Assembly: GCF_009834535.1 (NCBI RefSeq)
Contig: NC_045696.1
Coordinates: forward strand, 95,792,001 to 95,856,000
Direction of reading: 5' to 3'
Origin: Camelus ferus
Lineage: Eukaryota
DNA: 64,000 nt
The notes below the pieces were generated by a model, which ran no database searches, was not told the origin of the DNA, and worked only from the letters and a program-made list of their open reading frames with translations. Numbering within the stretch: position 1 is the first letter of the stretch; each line of letters begins with the position of its first letter. Of the stretch, positions 27,201-41,960 are shown in pieces. The translations under genes were made by a program, and so were the position numbers.

Positions 27201-30200
27201 AAATCTTCATCCTGCGGATGAAGTACAGAGAACCCCTGAATAGGTCAGAAAGTACTGGCCATTTGTTAGCCATTCTGGTATACTGACGGAAATTTGGGCA
27301 GAGATCATGAGCAAGTAAGTTCTTTCATTTTGAGAATGACTTAAAATTCTTAGATGGTCCCAACATTTGCAGCTGATGTTCCTCCAATTAAGAACAGCTA
27401 TATATTCATAGCATGTAATAACCTACAATGAGAAAGAATCTGAAAAGGAATGTATATATCTATGTATAACTGAACCACTTTGCTGTACCCCTGAAACTAA
27501 CACAATATTATAAATTGACTATAGTTCAATTTTTTTTAAAAGTATCTATCAAATTAATCTTTTATTACCAGCTCAAACAAAACTCAACATCCCAAATGTG
27601 TAACAGGTAACTGAGCACCTAGGCTCTCCTAGAATTACCACAGCTATGTTTCCAAAGATGTTCTGTGATGCCTCTCAGAGGTCTCTATAATGACTGAGGT
27701 TAAAGAGAAGCTAGGCCCCTTTGAGGAGGAGTGAATAATATGATACGAATAAAAGATGCTAATGTCAAAAATCCCAAACTCTAGAATCCCAGTCCTCTGG
27801 GAGGCTTGGGCACCTTCTTTGGAAATCAGACTTCTGTGTTACAAGGGCAAGAATCATAATACGAAAAATACAAAAGGTCATTCTCTTACTCCACTCCCAC
27901 AACAACAGCATCAAGTTTGTTTGCCGTCAATCTGTTCAGGAGGTCCAATGGTGACTGCCCTGAAATGAAAAAGTTAATATCAAAGTGTACCTTATGAATA
28001 AAGAGCAATGGAAAACCACTTACAGGTGTGAAATGTAATACACCTGAAATAAGAATTGAGAGACGAATAGGGTATAAAGTGGAACCACGTAGGAAAATAG
28101 GAATACAGGTGTCAGTACTTAGGTACTACACTAGGGATTTCTTTGTAAACAGGTGGCAGAGGTTACCAAAGAATTTAGTTATGTCATATGACCAGATTTG
28201 CATACAACAAAAGGGCAGAAAAAGGCTGACATAGACAAGGAAATGGTGGTGAACAAGCAAAGAAAAAGCCATAGAAGTGTCGACTGAAATAAAAATCACA
28301 CAATGTTGAGAGTTGTGGGCTAAGTTTTATTTGGGGCAAAATGAGGACTACAGCCAAGGAGACAGCATCCCAGAAAGCTCTGAGAAACTGTTTCAAAGAG
28401 GCAGGAGGAAAACTCTGTATTATACATGATTTCAGTGAAGAGGGGGACGTGCAGTCAAGCACACATTTAGGCAGAGGCTTGCTGCTAGTCATGAGGAGCA
28501 GACGTCACCATTAATGATTTTAGTGCTTTTCTAGATATGAGGAGACGCAAGAATTGGGGTCATTAAATCTTCTAAAAATATCTAGCCATCTGAAGTCCTG
28601 TTCAGCCAGTTTTCCCATAGCACAGAACACCTCCTTCCTGACCTCCACTCTGTACTCCTTTCAGGGAGTGCTGGAGATCAGGCGCCGCAGCTGCTGGTGA
28701 TTTAATCCAAGTAGAGTTAGATGGCAAGTGCCAGCGTGATCCAATCCTTGTAGAGGCAGATGGCACGTGCCAATTTTTAGTAAGCAGAAGGAAATCTAAT
28801 GGCAAATAATTTTGTTAAATGTGGACAGAAAGAAAAAAATGTTTAGAAAGGTAGACAGAACTGGTAATTAAATGCAGATGCTGAGAGACATTTACTGTAT
28901 TTACTGATAGAACACACATGAGGAGCATTTGCTTTCCTTGTTTTGTTGAAGTTGTTATTGTTTATTTGGGTTTCTTTTTTTCTCAAACTGTTGGAAGGTA
29001 GATGGGGTAAGTTGTATTTGGTCATGTTAAACTTGAATTATCTGTGGTTCCTCCAGATGTACTGGCATATGCTGCATTTGTATATATTGATCTGTAATTT
29101 AGGACTATTGCTATAGCTGGAAATACAGCTTTGGAAGTCAGCAGCAGAGTGTTGTGGGGGATGGGTAAGGTTGAAAAGTATAAGGGACTAAATAAAAGAG
29201 CATGCAGAGTCAAAAACTAAAGAAAGGAAAACTGTGAAACATGAACACTTATAAAGTGTAAAGACAGACCTGTTTTTCTGTGTTTGTATTGTTTTGCTGT
29301 AAAGAGGGAAAAACACAGGAAGGTAAGAGGGAGAGGCAAAAGAAAGTTGAAAGAAATTTGTTTCAAAGAAATCAAGGGAACAGAGTTTCAGTGAAGCAGA
29401 GAGAAGTGGTCATTTTCCAGTTACAGAGTTTAAAGAATTATTCAAAATGGGAAAAGATTTCACTGTGTATGAAAATGAGCCTGAGAAAGAGGACTACCTA
29501 GAGAGAGTGATTTGGAACAAGGGAGATCAAGGCTGAAAAAATTGTAACATGTTTAGGTGTCAATAGAGAGGGCACATTTGTAGATAGATGAATGAATGAG
29601 AAATAATGACAGAACCAAACCATAGGAGTAAATACGGTCGCAGGCAAAGCAGAGATTGAACTCTGCCATAAGACAAAAATGCATTTTTCTAGGACATATT
29701 AGAAAGAAGTAAAATTAAGGATTAAAATAGTGTTAAGGATTTTTAAGGACGCACGAGGCAGGCGAGGGGTGGCGGCCGGGCTGTGTGGGGGAGGAGTGAA
29801 GTGGTGCTGAATTATGGACAGACATCCTTGGTAGCTGAGGAAGGATGAGCTGAGAGACTTGAAAGAGCTCTGAAGGTTTGAAAGTGTCATTGACGTGAAG
29901 GAGAGAAACTACACACAAACAAGGAACAGCGTCTTCCAGCCACCTTGAGAGTAGGATAGGACTGCTCTCCAGTGGTGTGAGGGTTAAGCCTGTGGATCTT
30001 GTTGACAGGCTTAGGTTTGGCTACTCGTTCCACCACTTACTAATATAGGACTTTGAACAAGTTACTGAACCATTCTGCATCTACCTTTTTATCCTTAAAA
30101 TTGTGATAATAACACCCATCCTAAGAATGTGCTTACCTATCAAAATGAAAGGCGACCACTCAGCTGACTATAGTGGCATTTGTGGTTGTTTTGAAACGTT

Positions 30201-33200
30201 AACAGATCATGGAGTCAAAATTCTGGATATAATGATTTGAGCTATAGGTTCTTTGAGGAAAGGAGTCCTCATTTGCTTCTTACATCATCTGAGTACCTAT
30301 AATATCCCTTGTACTCGGTGCTTTGTGGTGAGTCAATAATATGAAGTCTAAAGTCAATTGTGTATATGTGTATGTGAGTGTGTGTGTATGTTTGAATGTG
30401 TGTGTGTGAATGTATGTAAGTGTGTAAGTATCTTAGCTACACCATTGCATTTCTTAGAATGATCTCCAAAATAACACGGGAACAGACTTTAAGGGAGGAG
30501 CTGATAGTTCTATTTTATTTTTTCATTTTAAGTTCGAACTTATGCATTGGATTCTAAGCCTCAACATGGTAAGTATTGATGCCTCACTGTCTGCAATATG
30601 AACATGTATATGGAACTTAGAAGCTGCAAATAATATCACTTCTAATTCAACATTTAAATCATCTTATTCACTTCTGTTTTTCTGAACCTAAATTCAGGTC
30701 ATTTGGTAATTTTAAACTTAACTTTTAAGTTTACTACTTGAACCTCCCATTTTATTTACACTGTCAATGTAACTTTATTTGATAATAAGACTTTTTAAAA
30801 ATCAAAAATCTCACCTAATATTTTTATGATTTATTTAAATAAATATTTATGTATGAATCATACATATTTATCTCAAATAAATAATCTATCTCTCTGCTAA
30901 GATACATACACATACTTAAGAAACATAAATACCAACATTCTACCGATTATATATACTATATTTTAACATAAATACATATAATATGCAATACACACAAACA
31001 CATATACACATGAACATTTGCTTATATAAAATGCACTTACTACAGCTTCCCAAAACAAAGGCACCACCATGGATAAAAATTACAGCTGGCCTCTGTCTTT
31101 CTGACTTCCTCTTTGGCAAGTACAGACGTACTGGAATATCAGTAAAGGTTGTATCCATCACTGTAACGTTTTCATCTGAAATTGGCTGTGTGTAGTCCAG
31201 TTTTACTAATGTGGAAAACAATTTTTCATATCCCATAAGACCTATATTTTCGAATAACATAGCCTGTCCAAACAAAACAAAAAAAATTAAAAATTAAACA
31301 TTTCAATTTTTAGTAACATCAAATGCATATAAATATGCAACCAAAAAGAATAAATAATATAATGACAATCTAGATGTCTTTCTGTACATCCTAACATAGA
31401 TATTATTCCTGCTTCTAAATAAACCTCAAGTATTCAGTGTTTTAAAATAAGAAAAATCTTATTTAAATGGCATCAATTTCCTGGCAGCTTATTTTACATT
31501 GGTCTTCTTATTTCTTAATTGTAAACTTTTATGTGAAAAAGTATCTAATAAGGTTCTATACTTCTTTATATGCATATTCTCTATTTCATTTTGTTTTATT
31601 GGTCATTCAATTTATTTAAAATTTCAGAAAGCATATAGTTATCACATTACTAATAAAGCTTTTCCCATTTTTTGAACTACAAATATGTTCCTTTTTTGTT
31701 AAAAACACTTGGGGAAAAAACCCATTATTTTAAAATTTTGTGCCATTGAAATAAAGCTCTCTTCAGTATTTTTGGTAAGTTTTCTAAAATCTTTGTAACA
31801 TTTCACTGAATGGTTCACAGTAAAGGAATCTTGAAATCTTGTGAGGGAAAGGAACATTCTAAAAAATTTATTATTATAGCCATCTGAGGTTGCTAAAATT
31901 TTACAAGGTTTTACAAAATTTTAAAATTTTACAATATAACCCATCTGCTTTAATGATGAGTATACAGAGACCTGGGAAGTAGAAGTTACTGACCAAAGTT
32001 AGACAGCGAGCAGTTGGGAAGATGTAAACCCATTTTTCTTGGCTAATGTTGCAGGTACTACATATGCTCCTCTACATATAATTAATTACTAAATTATGTT
32101 TTTTAAAACAACATATAAGAAATAGAAGGAAAGCAAGGTTATTAAGAGCTAGCACAATCAGAAAAGGTTCTGTGATAGGAAGAGCTGGGCTTTAAACTTA
32201 AAAAATGACAGTTACATAGGGAATAATGAATGAATGATAAGTGACATGCTGATTGACATGGTACAGCCTCAAAGCAGCCATTTTGACACATAAACACTGT
32301 TAAGTAGCTTTAAGGTACCATTAAGATTTTAACTAAAGGGGGCAGGGAAATAGCTCAGTGGTAGGGTGCATGCTTAGCATACATGTGGTCCTGGGTCCAA
32401 TCCCCAGTACTTCCATTAAAAAAAAACTTCAACTAAAAACACACATACATAGGAAAAAATTATGTATCTTTATAGAAATATCAACTTAAAACAAACATAT
32501 ATAAAGCATTTGTATGCAAAATTTGTAAAGCACATAGCCACATCCAACCCCTAAAATACACTTATCTTTGAACCTTGAAAATAAGCTCAATCAGAGAGAG
32601 AATATAAAATTCTGGGCTGTAGATATCTGTTGCCTTTAGAAGCTAAGCAGACATGAAAACTCTTCTTTCGGTAACAGTTTCCTAGTTTACTTTAGGGAAA
32701 TATCACCTCTCATTAGTTGAAATCTTTGACTGGCAAGTTGATCAAGGGAACAATCACTCATTAGTCAAGATATAAGTAAATTTAAGGTAGACTTAGTGTA
32801 CTCTCCCTGGAAATTGATTCTTAAACAGAGACAAAAAGAATGGGAACAGTTAGCGATGAATTATCACCACAGTGGCATTCTGCAGAGATTTATTCTTGGA
32901 TTCTGACTCCTCTGGTGCTGCTGACTTCACTGAAGATTAGAATTTCGATTTTCTCCCAAATCTATGAGCTTCCAACATCTTACAAAAATTTCTCATTTGA
33001 TTATTATTATTATCATAGTGATTATTAGCATTTCTTTAAATTAGCCATAGTCACATACCTTTCTTTTGTTTACCTACTACTAAAACAAAACAAAGCAAAA
33101 AACAACTCCACATGTTACAGTTAGGTCTGGGGAAAGACTGAGACTTAGACAGAGGCTCAGTTGTAGACAGAGGAGAGCCATTTTGCACATTACTGAGTAA

Positions 33201-36200
33201 TAAAAGATTATCATTTCAAAAGAAAAGTGCTCTTATGTTTTATCTAGGATATTGCTGCCAATAGGTTAAAACATTATCAAAAAGAACTGTCATTCAAAAT
33301 GTCTTATTTTACAAATAATGTAGCATCTTTTCATATACTTGTTGGCATCTATATGTCTTCAGAAAAACATCTATTTAGGCCCCTTGCCCATTTGCCCATT
33401 TTTAAATTGAGTTGTTTGTTTCTTTGCTACTGAGTTGTGTGAATTCGTTATATATTGTGGATATTAACCCCTTAGTAGATAAATGGTTTGCAAATATTGT
33501 TTCCCATCCCGTAGACTGCCTTTTCATTTTTATTTTCTTGTTTCTTTTGCTGAGCCAAAGCTTTTTAGTTTGATATAGTCCCAATTGTCTATTTTTGCTT
33601 TTGCTGCTTGTGCTTTTTGTGGCATTTCCAAAAAGTCGTCACCAAGGCCAATGTCAAGGAAATTTTACCTTATGTTTTCTTCTAGAAGTTTTTCTGGTTT
33701 CAGGTCTTACATAAATATAATAAATCTCTGATCTACTTTGAGTTGACTTTTGTGTACAGTATAATATAGGGGTCTAGTTTCATTCTTTCGTATACAACTA
33801 TCCAGTTTTCCCAATACCATTTATTGAAGGGACTGTCCTTTTCCCACTGTGTATTTGGCACTCATGTAAAAATTGGTATACCATATATGCTTGGGATTAT
33901 TTTTAGGCTTTCTATTTTGTTCCATTGGTCTATCTGTCTGTTTTTATGCCAATACCATACTGTTTTGCTTCTGATAGCTTTGTAATATAATTTGAAACCA
34001 GGGTGTGTGAGGCCTGCAGCTCTATTCTTTTTCAAGATTCCTTTGGCTATTCAGGATCTTTTGTGGTTCCTTATGAATTTTAGAAATGTTTGTTCTATTT
34101 CCATGAAAAATTTCATTGGAATTTTGATAGTGATTGCATCGAGTCAATATATTGCTTTAAATAATATGGGCAATTTGAAAATATTGATTTTTTCCAATCC
34201 ATTAACACAAGGTATCTTTCCATTTATTTTTGCTTTCAATTTCTTTCATCAGTGTTTTATGGTTTTCAGTATAAAAAATTCTAACTGATGTGTCACAGAC
34301 AAATTCTCTGGAGAAATTTGAGGATATTTTGACCTGAATAAAAATAAAAATGCAAATATCCAAATTTGTGGTATGTACCTAAATAACTGCTTAGAGGGAA
34401 ATTTATAAAATTATCATATTAGAAATTAAGAAAGGTCTCAAATCAATATTTAAAGCTTCCATCTTAAACTAAAAGAGAAGAGCAAAAAAAGAAAATGCTA
34501 AGAAAGCATAACAGAAGAAATAATAATCAGATCAGAACTCAGTAAAATTAAAACAAGATAAAAATAGAGGAAAAATTGACACAAAAGTCCATTCTTTACA
34601 AAGAGTATACATACTGACCAAGAAAAAAGAGAAGATCCAAATTACCAATATAAAGATTGAAGGAAGGGATATTACTGTAGACTCTATAAACATTAAAAAG
34701 ATAACAGAGGAATACTAAAAAAAAATTGTATGTCCATAAATTCTATCATTTAGATGAAATCTACAAATTTCTTAAAGGACACAATCTTCCACAAATTACT
34801 CAAAAATAGATAACTTGAATTGTCTATATCTACTTAAAAAATTGAATTTGCAATTGAAAAATTTCAAAAAAAAGAAAACTTGAAGCCCAATTTGTTACAC
34901 TAGCAAATTATACTAAACATTAAGAAAAAATTATACCAATTTTATGAAATAGTTACCAGAAAATAAAACACAAGAGAATACTTCACAATTCATTTTATTG
35001 TGCTGAGATTATCCTGTTACCAAAATAGGAAAAATATTACAAGAAAAGAAAGCTGTCGACCAATATAGAAGCAAAAATCCTTAACAAAATACTAAATCAA
35101 ATTCAATGATACAAAAAGGTAATGCGTTATTGTCAATTGAGTGTTGTCCACAGAATGCAAGATTAGTAAAATATTTGAAAATCAATGTAATTCATGATAC
35201 TGAGAAAGAAAAATTATGTGTTCATCTTAATAGATTCAGAAAAAGAATTTGGCTTAACTCAATGCTTTTCCATGATAAAAATTATCTGCAAACTGAGAAT
35301 AAAAAGAAACTTTCTTAATCTGATAAAAGGCAGCTACAAAAAGATTAAAATGTCATTTTTAATGGTGAAAGACTGAATGCTTTCTCCTAAAAGCAGGAAA
35401 AGGCATGAATGTCTGCTCTCTATTCAACATAATTCTGGAAGTCCCAGTTAATATAATAAATCAGGGGAAGAGAAAGTCACACAGATTGGAAAGAAAAGAG
35501 TAACAGTCTTTGTTTCCAACATGATTATCTAAGTAGAAAACGTTATGGCATTTACAAAAAAACCCTCATGAAACAAATAAGTAAGCTCTGCCCCAGAATA
35601 AAGGATATAGAGTCAATATATTTTTTAAAAAATTATTTCAAGTATAGCAATGAACAAATGAAACCAAAATTTTAAGAGTACCAATTAAAACAGCACCAAA
35701 AATTGAAATACTTAGTTATAAATATAACAAAATATATTCAGTATTTGTGTGCTGAATACTATAAAACACTGATGGAAGAAATCAAAGACTTAATTAAATT
35801 GATAAATATATGTAAACTGATCAGAAGACTTAATTTTGTTAAAATGTCATTTCTTTTGAAATTGGTTTATAGTCAATCTAATATCAGGCAAAAATCTCAT
35901 CATAATTTTTAGTCACTGCTAAGTCTTATTATAGTCACAGCATTTAAACTTTTATATGGAATGGTAGATTACTTATAATAGCCAAAGCAATTCTGATCAT
36001 GAAGAACAAGATTGGAAGACGCATACAAGTCTGGTTTCAAGACTTACTAAGAAGCTATAGTAGTCAATACAGTGTAGTATTGGTGAAATGCTGGACTCAC
36101 AGATCAAGGGTAGAGAACAGAGTCAGTTCAGAAATAAACCAATAAAAACATGACCAATTTATTTTTGACATATATATAAAGCAATTCAATGAAGAAAAGT

Positions 36201-39200
36201 AAGTGTTTCAATAAATGGTGAGGGAACAGTTGGACATACTTGTGGAAGAAAATGTACTTTGACCAGTTCCTCACACCTTATACAGAAATTAATTTAAATG
36301 GATCCAATGTCTAAATGTAAAATGTAAAATGTAAAACTTTCCAGAAGACAACATAGGAGAAAATCTTTGTGATCTTAGGTTAGGTTAAAAGTTCTTAGAT
36401 ACAGTATCAAAACATAATCTAAAAGTTTTATTTAAAAAAAAAGATAAATTGGATTTCAGCTAAATGTAAAAGTTTTTGCTGTGTAACTTAAGACAGGGAA
36501 AAGAGAAGCCACACACTATATTTGCAAATCAAGTATCTGCTAAATGACTTGTATTCTGAATAGGAAGAACTCTGAATAGTCAACAACAGCAAAACAGAGA
36601 ACAAAGAACCAATTTTTTCAAAAGGAGAAAAGATCTCAGCACACGTATTACCACCAGAAAAAAAAAATATGGAGGAGCAAGTAAGTAGGTGAAAAGATAC
36701 TCAACATTTGTAGTCATTAAGGAAATGCAAATGTATACCACAATGAGATAGTTCTACACACTTATTAGAATGTTTTTTAAAGAAAAACTGAAAATACTGT
36801 GTTGGTAAGGACACAGAACAACTAAAACTTTCATATATTGCTGGTATGATGCAAAATGATATAGCTTCTTTGGAAAACAATTCAGGCAGTTTTCTAGAAA
36901 GTTAAATATATGCTTATAATATGACCCAACACATCTAGTTCTAGGTATTTATCCAAAAGAAATTGAATTTTTATTTACACAAAGCCTATAAATGAATTAG
37001 TTAGCAGATTTATTATGGTTATCAGGAGTTTAGGATGGGGAAGTGTCTACCAAAAAGTGTGGCAAAAGGTGATTTTGAGGGGTTATGTTTCCGTATCTTG
37101 ATTATAGTGATGGTTACGTGAATCTATACCTATGTTAAACTTCATAGAACTGTATAACCATAAGAATGAAGTTTACTGTATGCAAAGTTAAAGTTAAATT
37201 TAAAATTTGGTACAATGATAAAAACATTGAAGTCTGAATCTAGACTATCTAGGTTTGATTCCCAATTCTACAAATTATTAACTGTGTGTCTTTGGTTTAC
37301 TTATTCCCTGTGCCTCATTTTTCTCATCTATAAAATGAGGGTAATAATAGTGATGTCTTCAAAGTGCAGTTGTAAATGTTAAAAAATACTTTAAAGGAAA
37401 TTAATGTAGGCAGGGTGCATTATAAGTGTTCAATAAGCTTTACCTTTTTTCATTATTAGTATATATAGAAAATGTTCTTAAATATTTTCTTTGCTGGTTG
37501 AAGATAATCATAGTGAAGATCATTTCAATTTAGTAAATAAATCATTTTAAAATTAACTTTTGTAGAATTTTAGCCCCTCATCTCTCATAGCTCCTATCAC
37601 GGAGTAGTTGCTGACTAACACTCTATTGAATGAAAACCAGCTGCTGTCTTAGACTATGTGCCACTCTGGAACACTTGCCCTCCTATTCTCATAGTAATGC
37701 TGCAATGTGTTTATAGACTTCTCACTTTTCAGTTGAAGAAACTGAGCCACAGAAGGGTTAAGTAGTTTCTGTAAGATCTGACTGGCTTTTAAAGTGCATG
37801 CTATTTCTTCTAGTTTATGCTGTCAGTAACATGAATTTCTCCACACCATTTTATCAAAAACTGTGTTTACTTTCATGACATACATTTAAAAAGTCACTCA
37901 TTGTAAAATGACTGTAACTCAGTAAAAAAAAAGTTTAAAAAAATCCCTCATGACAGTAACAAAATGATTATCACTTGAACACGTAGAAACTGATCGATTA
38001 TTAGCATAATTTGCATATATATAATCCATATATAAGCAAATAGGTAAAGTGCAGCATTTTAATTCTATTTTGCATTTGATAAAGTAGAAGTTGAGTTCTA
38101 CAGTTGCATTTTTTCAGAATGTACTAACATTGATGAAGCAGAGTGAAAAATAAGCATTTGTTACTCTGAATTTCAAGGATATTTACTATGGCATCAAAAT
38201 GAATTAAATGCTTAGGAATAAATAAAACCAAGTAGGTGAAAGATCTATAAAACTACAAGCCATTCATGAAAGAAACTGAAGAAGATACAAATAAATGGAA
38301 AGAGTTCTCACGGTCATGGATTAGAAGAATTAATGTTGTTAAAATGCCATCCTATCCAAATCATCTATAGATTCAGTGCAACCCCTATCAAAAGTCCAGT
38401 GGTTTTTGCACAGAAAAGGAGAAGAAACATCCTAAAATTTGTGTGAAACCACAAACACCCCTAATAGCCAAATCAATCTAAAGAACAAAGAAAAAAATCT
38501 GTAGGCATCACAATTCCCAGGTTCAAACTTTATTACAAAGATATAGTAACAAATCAGTATGATACCGGCAAAATATAGAGGCATAGACCAATGGAACCAA
38601 ACCAAGGGCTCAGAAATAATCCCACTCATAAATGTTCAACATGCATTTGATAAGCGAGCCAAGAGATGCAATGGGAAAGAATAGTCCCTTCAATAAATTG
38701 TGCTGGAGTAGGAGAGGGTATAGCTCAAATGGTAGAGTGCATGTTTAGCATGCATGAAGTCCTAGGTTCAATCCCCAGTATGTCCTCTAAAAATAAATAA
38801 ACCTAATTACCCCCCCAAATAAAACAAAATTAAATAATTAAATTATACAATAATAATTAAAAAAGAAGCCACAATGAACATGCCAATATGTGGTTCCTTG
38901 TGCACCTGTGGAAGAGTTTATCCTAGGTATATACTATAAACAAATAAACAAACAAATAAATAAACAAATGGTGCTGGGAAAACTGGATAATTACCTTCAG
39001 AAGAATGAAATAACACAGCAGTTCCTCTGTAGGGCTGCACTTGCTTTTTTTTTTTTTGCTCATCTACAGTCCAGTGAATGAAAATGTAAAGCACTGACAA
39101 TAAAAGGAAAAACTAGGGGCAAGCAGTGATTTGGCAAACATTGGACTTTGGGCAGGAGATAACCTGGATGTCTAGTTTGACAGATCTGTCATCTCTTCTG

Positions 39201-41929
39201 GGTAGCACACTAGGCAGCCACTTACCATACACTGTGCATTGCCCTCTATTCTCTGATCATTTATTGCCTGTTGATGTATTCTCCCTAAAACTTTCTACTG
39301 TCCATATCATCCATAAGGCCTCCAGATAGCAGCAGGTTCTGACAGGAGAGCATGATATTTTCAGTGAGGTAGATCTTTGTTCAAATTCTGGCATTGTCAC
39401 AGAAAAAAATTCTAAAATTCAGTGATTTAGGATTGAAGACAGAAGCAGTGGTTTTCTAAGTATGATCTTGGAATTCTTGTGAGTCTCTGAGACATAGTCA
39501 GGGAGTATGCATAATACTGTGACACTTCCTGCCTCCTTTTTTCACTCTAATTCCCTCATGAGTATGCACTGGAGTTTTCCAGAGGCTACAGGACAAATGA
39601 TATTGCAACAGATTAAATGCAAAAGCAGATAAGAGAATCCAGCTATCTTTCATAAAGTGAGACATAAAAGAGATTTGCAAAAATGGAAAACTGCCACGAT
39701 CTTATTTATGTTAACTTTTAATAGGTTTATCATCATCATTAAGTGAATTATTTTCTAATAAGGTCAGTATCTAATGCAGTAAATATTAATAAATATAGTC
39801 CACATAGAAAAGCTCTTTGAGGTCTCAATAATTTAAAGAGTATAAAGAGTTCCTGAGACCCAAAAGTTTGAAAATCATCAAGAAAGAGAAAGGCATTAAA
39901 ACTGTGTAGGTACTGAGGAATTTCCAGTCAAGATGGTCTAGTAGTAGGACCACAAACTCTTCTCCTCTCATAATCACAACAAAACTACAGGTGACTGCTA
40001 AATGTATTGATAATTACCTTAAATGTAAATGAATTAAATGCTCCAACCAAAAGACATAAACTGGTGATACAAAAACAAGACCCATATATTTGCTGTCTCC
40101 ATGGGACCCACTTCAGAGCTAGGGACACATATAGACTGAAAGTGAGGGGATGAAGAGACAAAGAAGGACATTACATGATGCTCAAGGGATCAATCCAAGA
40201 AGATGTAACAACTGTAAATATATATGCACCCAGTATAGCAGCAGCTCAATGTATAAGGCAACTATTAACAGACATAAAAGGAGAAATTGACAATAACACA
40301 ATAATAGTGGGGGATCTTAACACTTCGCTTACATCAGTGGACAGATCATCCACAGAGAAAATCAGTAAGGCAATAAAGGCCTTAAATGAGCCATTGGAAC
40401 AGATGGTTTTAATTGATATTTATAGAACATTCTATCAAAAAGCAGCAGAATACATACTCTTCTCAAAGGCACATGGAACATTCTCCTGGATAGACCACAT
40501 GCTGACCCACAAAGCAAGTCTCAGTAAATTTAAGAAAATTGAAATCATATCAAGTGTCTTTTCTGACCACAATGTTATGAGATTAGAAATCAACTACAAG
40601 AAAAAACTGCAAAAACCACAAACATGTAGAGGCTAAACAATGTGCCACTAAACAATCAATGGATCACCAAAGAAATCAAAAAGGAAACCAAAAAATACTT
40701 AGAGATAAATGAAAATGAAAACACAATGATCCAAAACCTCTGGGACACTGCAAAAGCAGCTCTAACAGGGAAGTTTACAACAATACAAGCTTACCTCAGG
40801 AAACAATCTCGAACAAGCACCCTAACCCTATACTAAAGCAATTAGAGAAAGAACAAACAAAACTCAAAGTTTGTAGAAGAAATCAGATTAGGGCAGAAAT
40901 AAATGAAATAGAGACTAAAAAATAATTTTAAAAAGATCAATGAAACTAAAAGCTGGTTCTTTGAAAAAATAAACAAAGTTGATAAACCTTTAGCCAGACT
41001 CATCAAGAAAAAAGGGAGAGGGCCCAAATTAATAAAATCAGAAGTGAAAAAGGAGAAGTTACAATTGACACCACAGAAATACAAGGGATCATAAGAGGCT
41101 ACTATGAACAACTACATGCCAACAAAAAGGACAACCTAAATGTAAGACTGGATACTATAAAACTCCTAGAGGAAAACATAGGCAGAACACACTTTGACAT
41201 AGATTGCAGCAATATTTTTTTTGAACCAACTCCTCAAGTAATAGAAACAAAAGCAAAAATAAACAAATAGGACCTAATTAATCTTAAAAGAGTTTGCACA
41301 GCTAAGAATACCATCAACAAAACAAAAAGACAGAACATGACAAAATATTTGTGAATGATGTGACTGACAAGGGACTAATTTCCAAAGTATACAAACAGCT
41401 TATACAGCTTAATATCAAACAAACAAACAAACAAACAAACAAACAAGCAAGCAAGCAACCAAAAAGTGAGCAGAAGACCTAAATAGACATTTCTTCAAAA
41501 AAGACATCCAGATGGCCAACAGGCACATTAAAAAGATGCTCGATTTTGCTAATTATTAGAGCAATGCAAATAAACTACAATGAGGTTATCACCTCTTACC
41601 AGCCAGGATGACCATCATTAAAAAGTCTATAAATAATAAATGCTGGAGAGAGTGTGGAGAAAAAGAAACCCTACTACACTGTTGATAGGAATGTAAATTG
41701 GGGCAGCCACTATGGAGAACACTATGGAGGTTCCTTAAAAAACTAAAAATAGACTTATCATATGATCCAGCAATCTTACTCCTGGGTATACACCCAGAGA
41801 AAACTGTAATTCAAAAAGACACATGCACCCCAATGTTCATAGCAGCACTATTTACAATAGCCAAAACATGGAAGCAACCTAAATGTCCATTCACAAATGA
41901 CTGGATAAAGAAGATGTGTGTATATGTGT

Positions 41930-41960
<31 letters not shown>

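Noticed and set aside
32338..32415. tRNA-Ala gene (also at 8929 and 38709)
   Set aside because: Acceptor stem does not pair cleanly; A-rich tails and TSDs mark them as SINEs.
33320..37205. Single L1 with a twin-priming 5' inversion
   Set aside because: The minus and plus parts cover overlapping ORF2 regions and look different in age; more likely two insertions.
40175..40636. Stand-alone endonuclease gene
   Set aside because: Fragment of L1 ORF2 with an upstream deletion and downstream stops; no sign of domestication.
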